The notes below the pieces were generated by a model. It searched no databases, was not told where the DNA came from, and was given only the letters and a program-made list of their open reading frames with translations. DNA of 64,000 nt from Acidimicrobiales bacterium (GTDB lineage Bacteria; Actinomycetota; Acidimicrobiia; Acidimicrobiales; JAUJNH01), in assembly GCA_038255915.1 (NCBI GenBank), contig JBBSKY010000001.1, positions 15,268 through 79,267 on the forward strand. Reading direction: 5' to 3'. This document shows positions 63,880 to 64,000 of this stretch, one piece after another; position 1 is the stretch's first letter; each line of letters begins with the position of its first letter. The translations under genes were made by a program, and so were the position numbers.

Positions 63880-64000
63880 CAGGCGATGCCCGTGAGGTGG
63901 ATGGAGATGCCGAGGTCCGCTGCGGTGGTGGCGAGCCGGTCGCCGATGTTGCGGGGACTGCCGAACCACAGCTGGTGGCCGAATGCGAGGCCGGCGGCGA
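63880..64000 (-). CDS. 3' end of an unidentified gene (C-terminus weakly resembles luciferase-like/LLM oxidoreductases)
   Basis: Manual translation gives ...AAGLAFGHQLWFGSPRNIGDRLATTAADLGISIHLTGIA*. The G.P..I.DRL....A.LGI pattern is weak evidence only. Confidence 0.3.

Overview
Very GC-rich chromosomal segment (GC judged by eye, not computed). It looks like Actinomycetota: a WhiB-family gene, rex-hemA-hemC-hemD synteny, and proC next to a small excisionase-like HTH gene. Real genes were picked out of heavy shadow-ORF noise by recognisable protein motifs and by stop/start coupling (ATGA, GTGA, TGATG overlaps). Main content: (1) From 28041 down to 1 the minus strand is almost entirely respiratory. 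A seven-gene cytochrome b6c-type complex III cluster comes first: membrane protein, 2x[4Fe-4S] ferredoxin, split cytochrome b6, subunit IV, Rieske protein, dihaem cytochrome c, membrane protein. It runs with a 10-nt gap into a 14-subunit nuoA-N operon. That operon is interrupted between nuoK and nuoL by two opposite-strand genes. Then come vapBC, a Zn-dependent dehydrogenase, and the start of a second nuo cluster that lacks nuoEFG (nuoA-B-C-D-H). (2) A tetrapyrrole cluster (rex, sirC-like, hemA, hemC, cobA-hemD, hemB, hemL) carries toxin-antitoxin insertions. (3) A housekeeping block holds proC, fxsA, a class A PBP, and selA/selB split by an insertion. (4) The final block holds TetR/MFS, whiB, nfeD, two ArsA-like ATPases, a STAS protein and a response regulator. 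tRNA-Pro(CGG) follows, with a decayed conjugative-element remnant behind it. No rRNA, CRISPR array or intact transposase was seen. The most unusual items are the ferredoxin-containing b6c cluster fused to nuo, an N-terminal peptide shared by two of its components, and the cassette that splits nuoK from nuoL.
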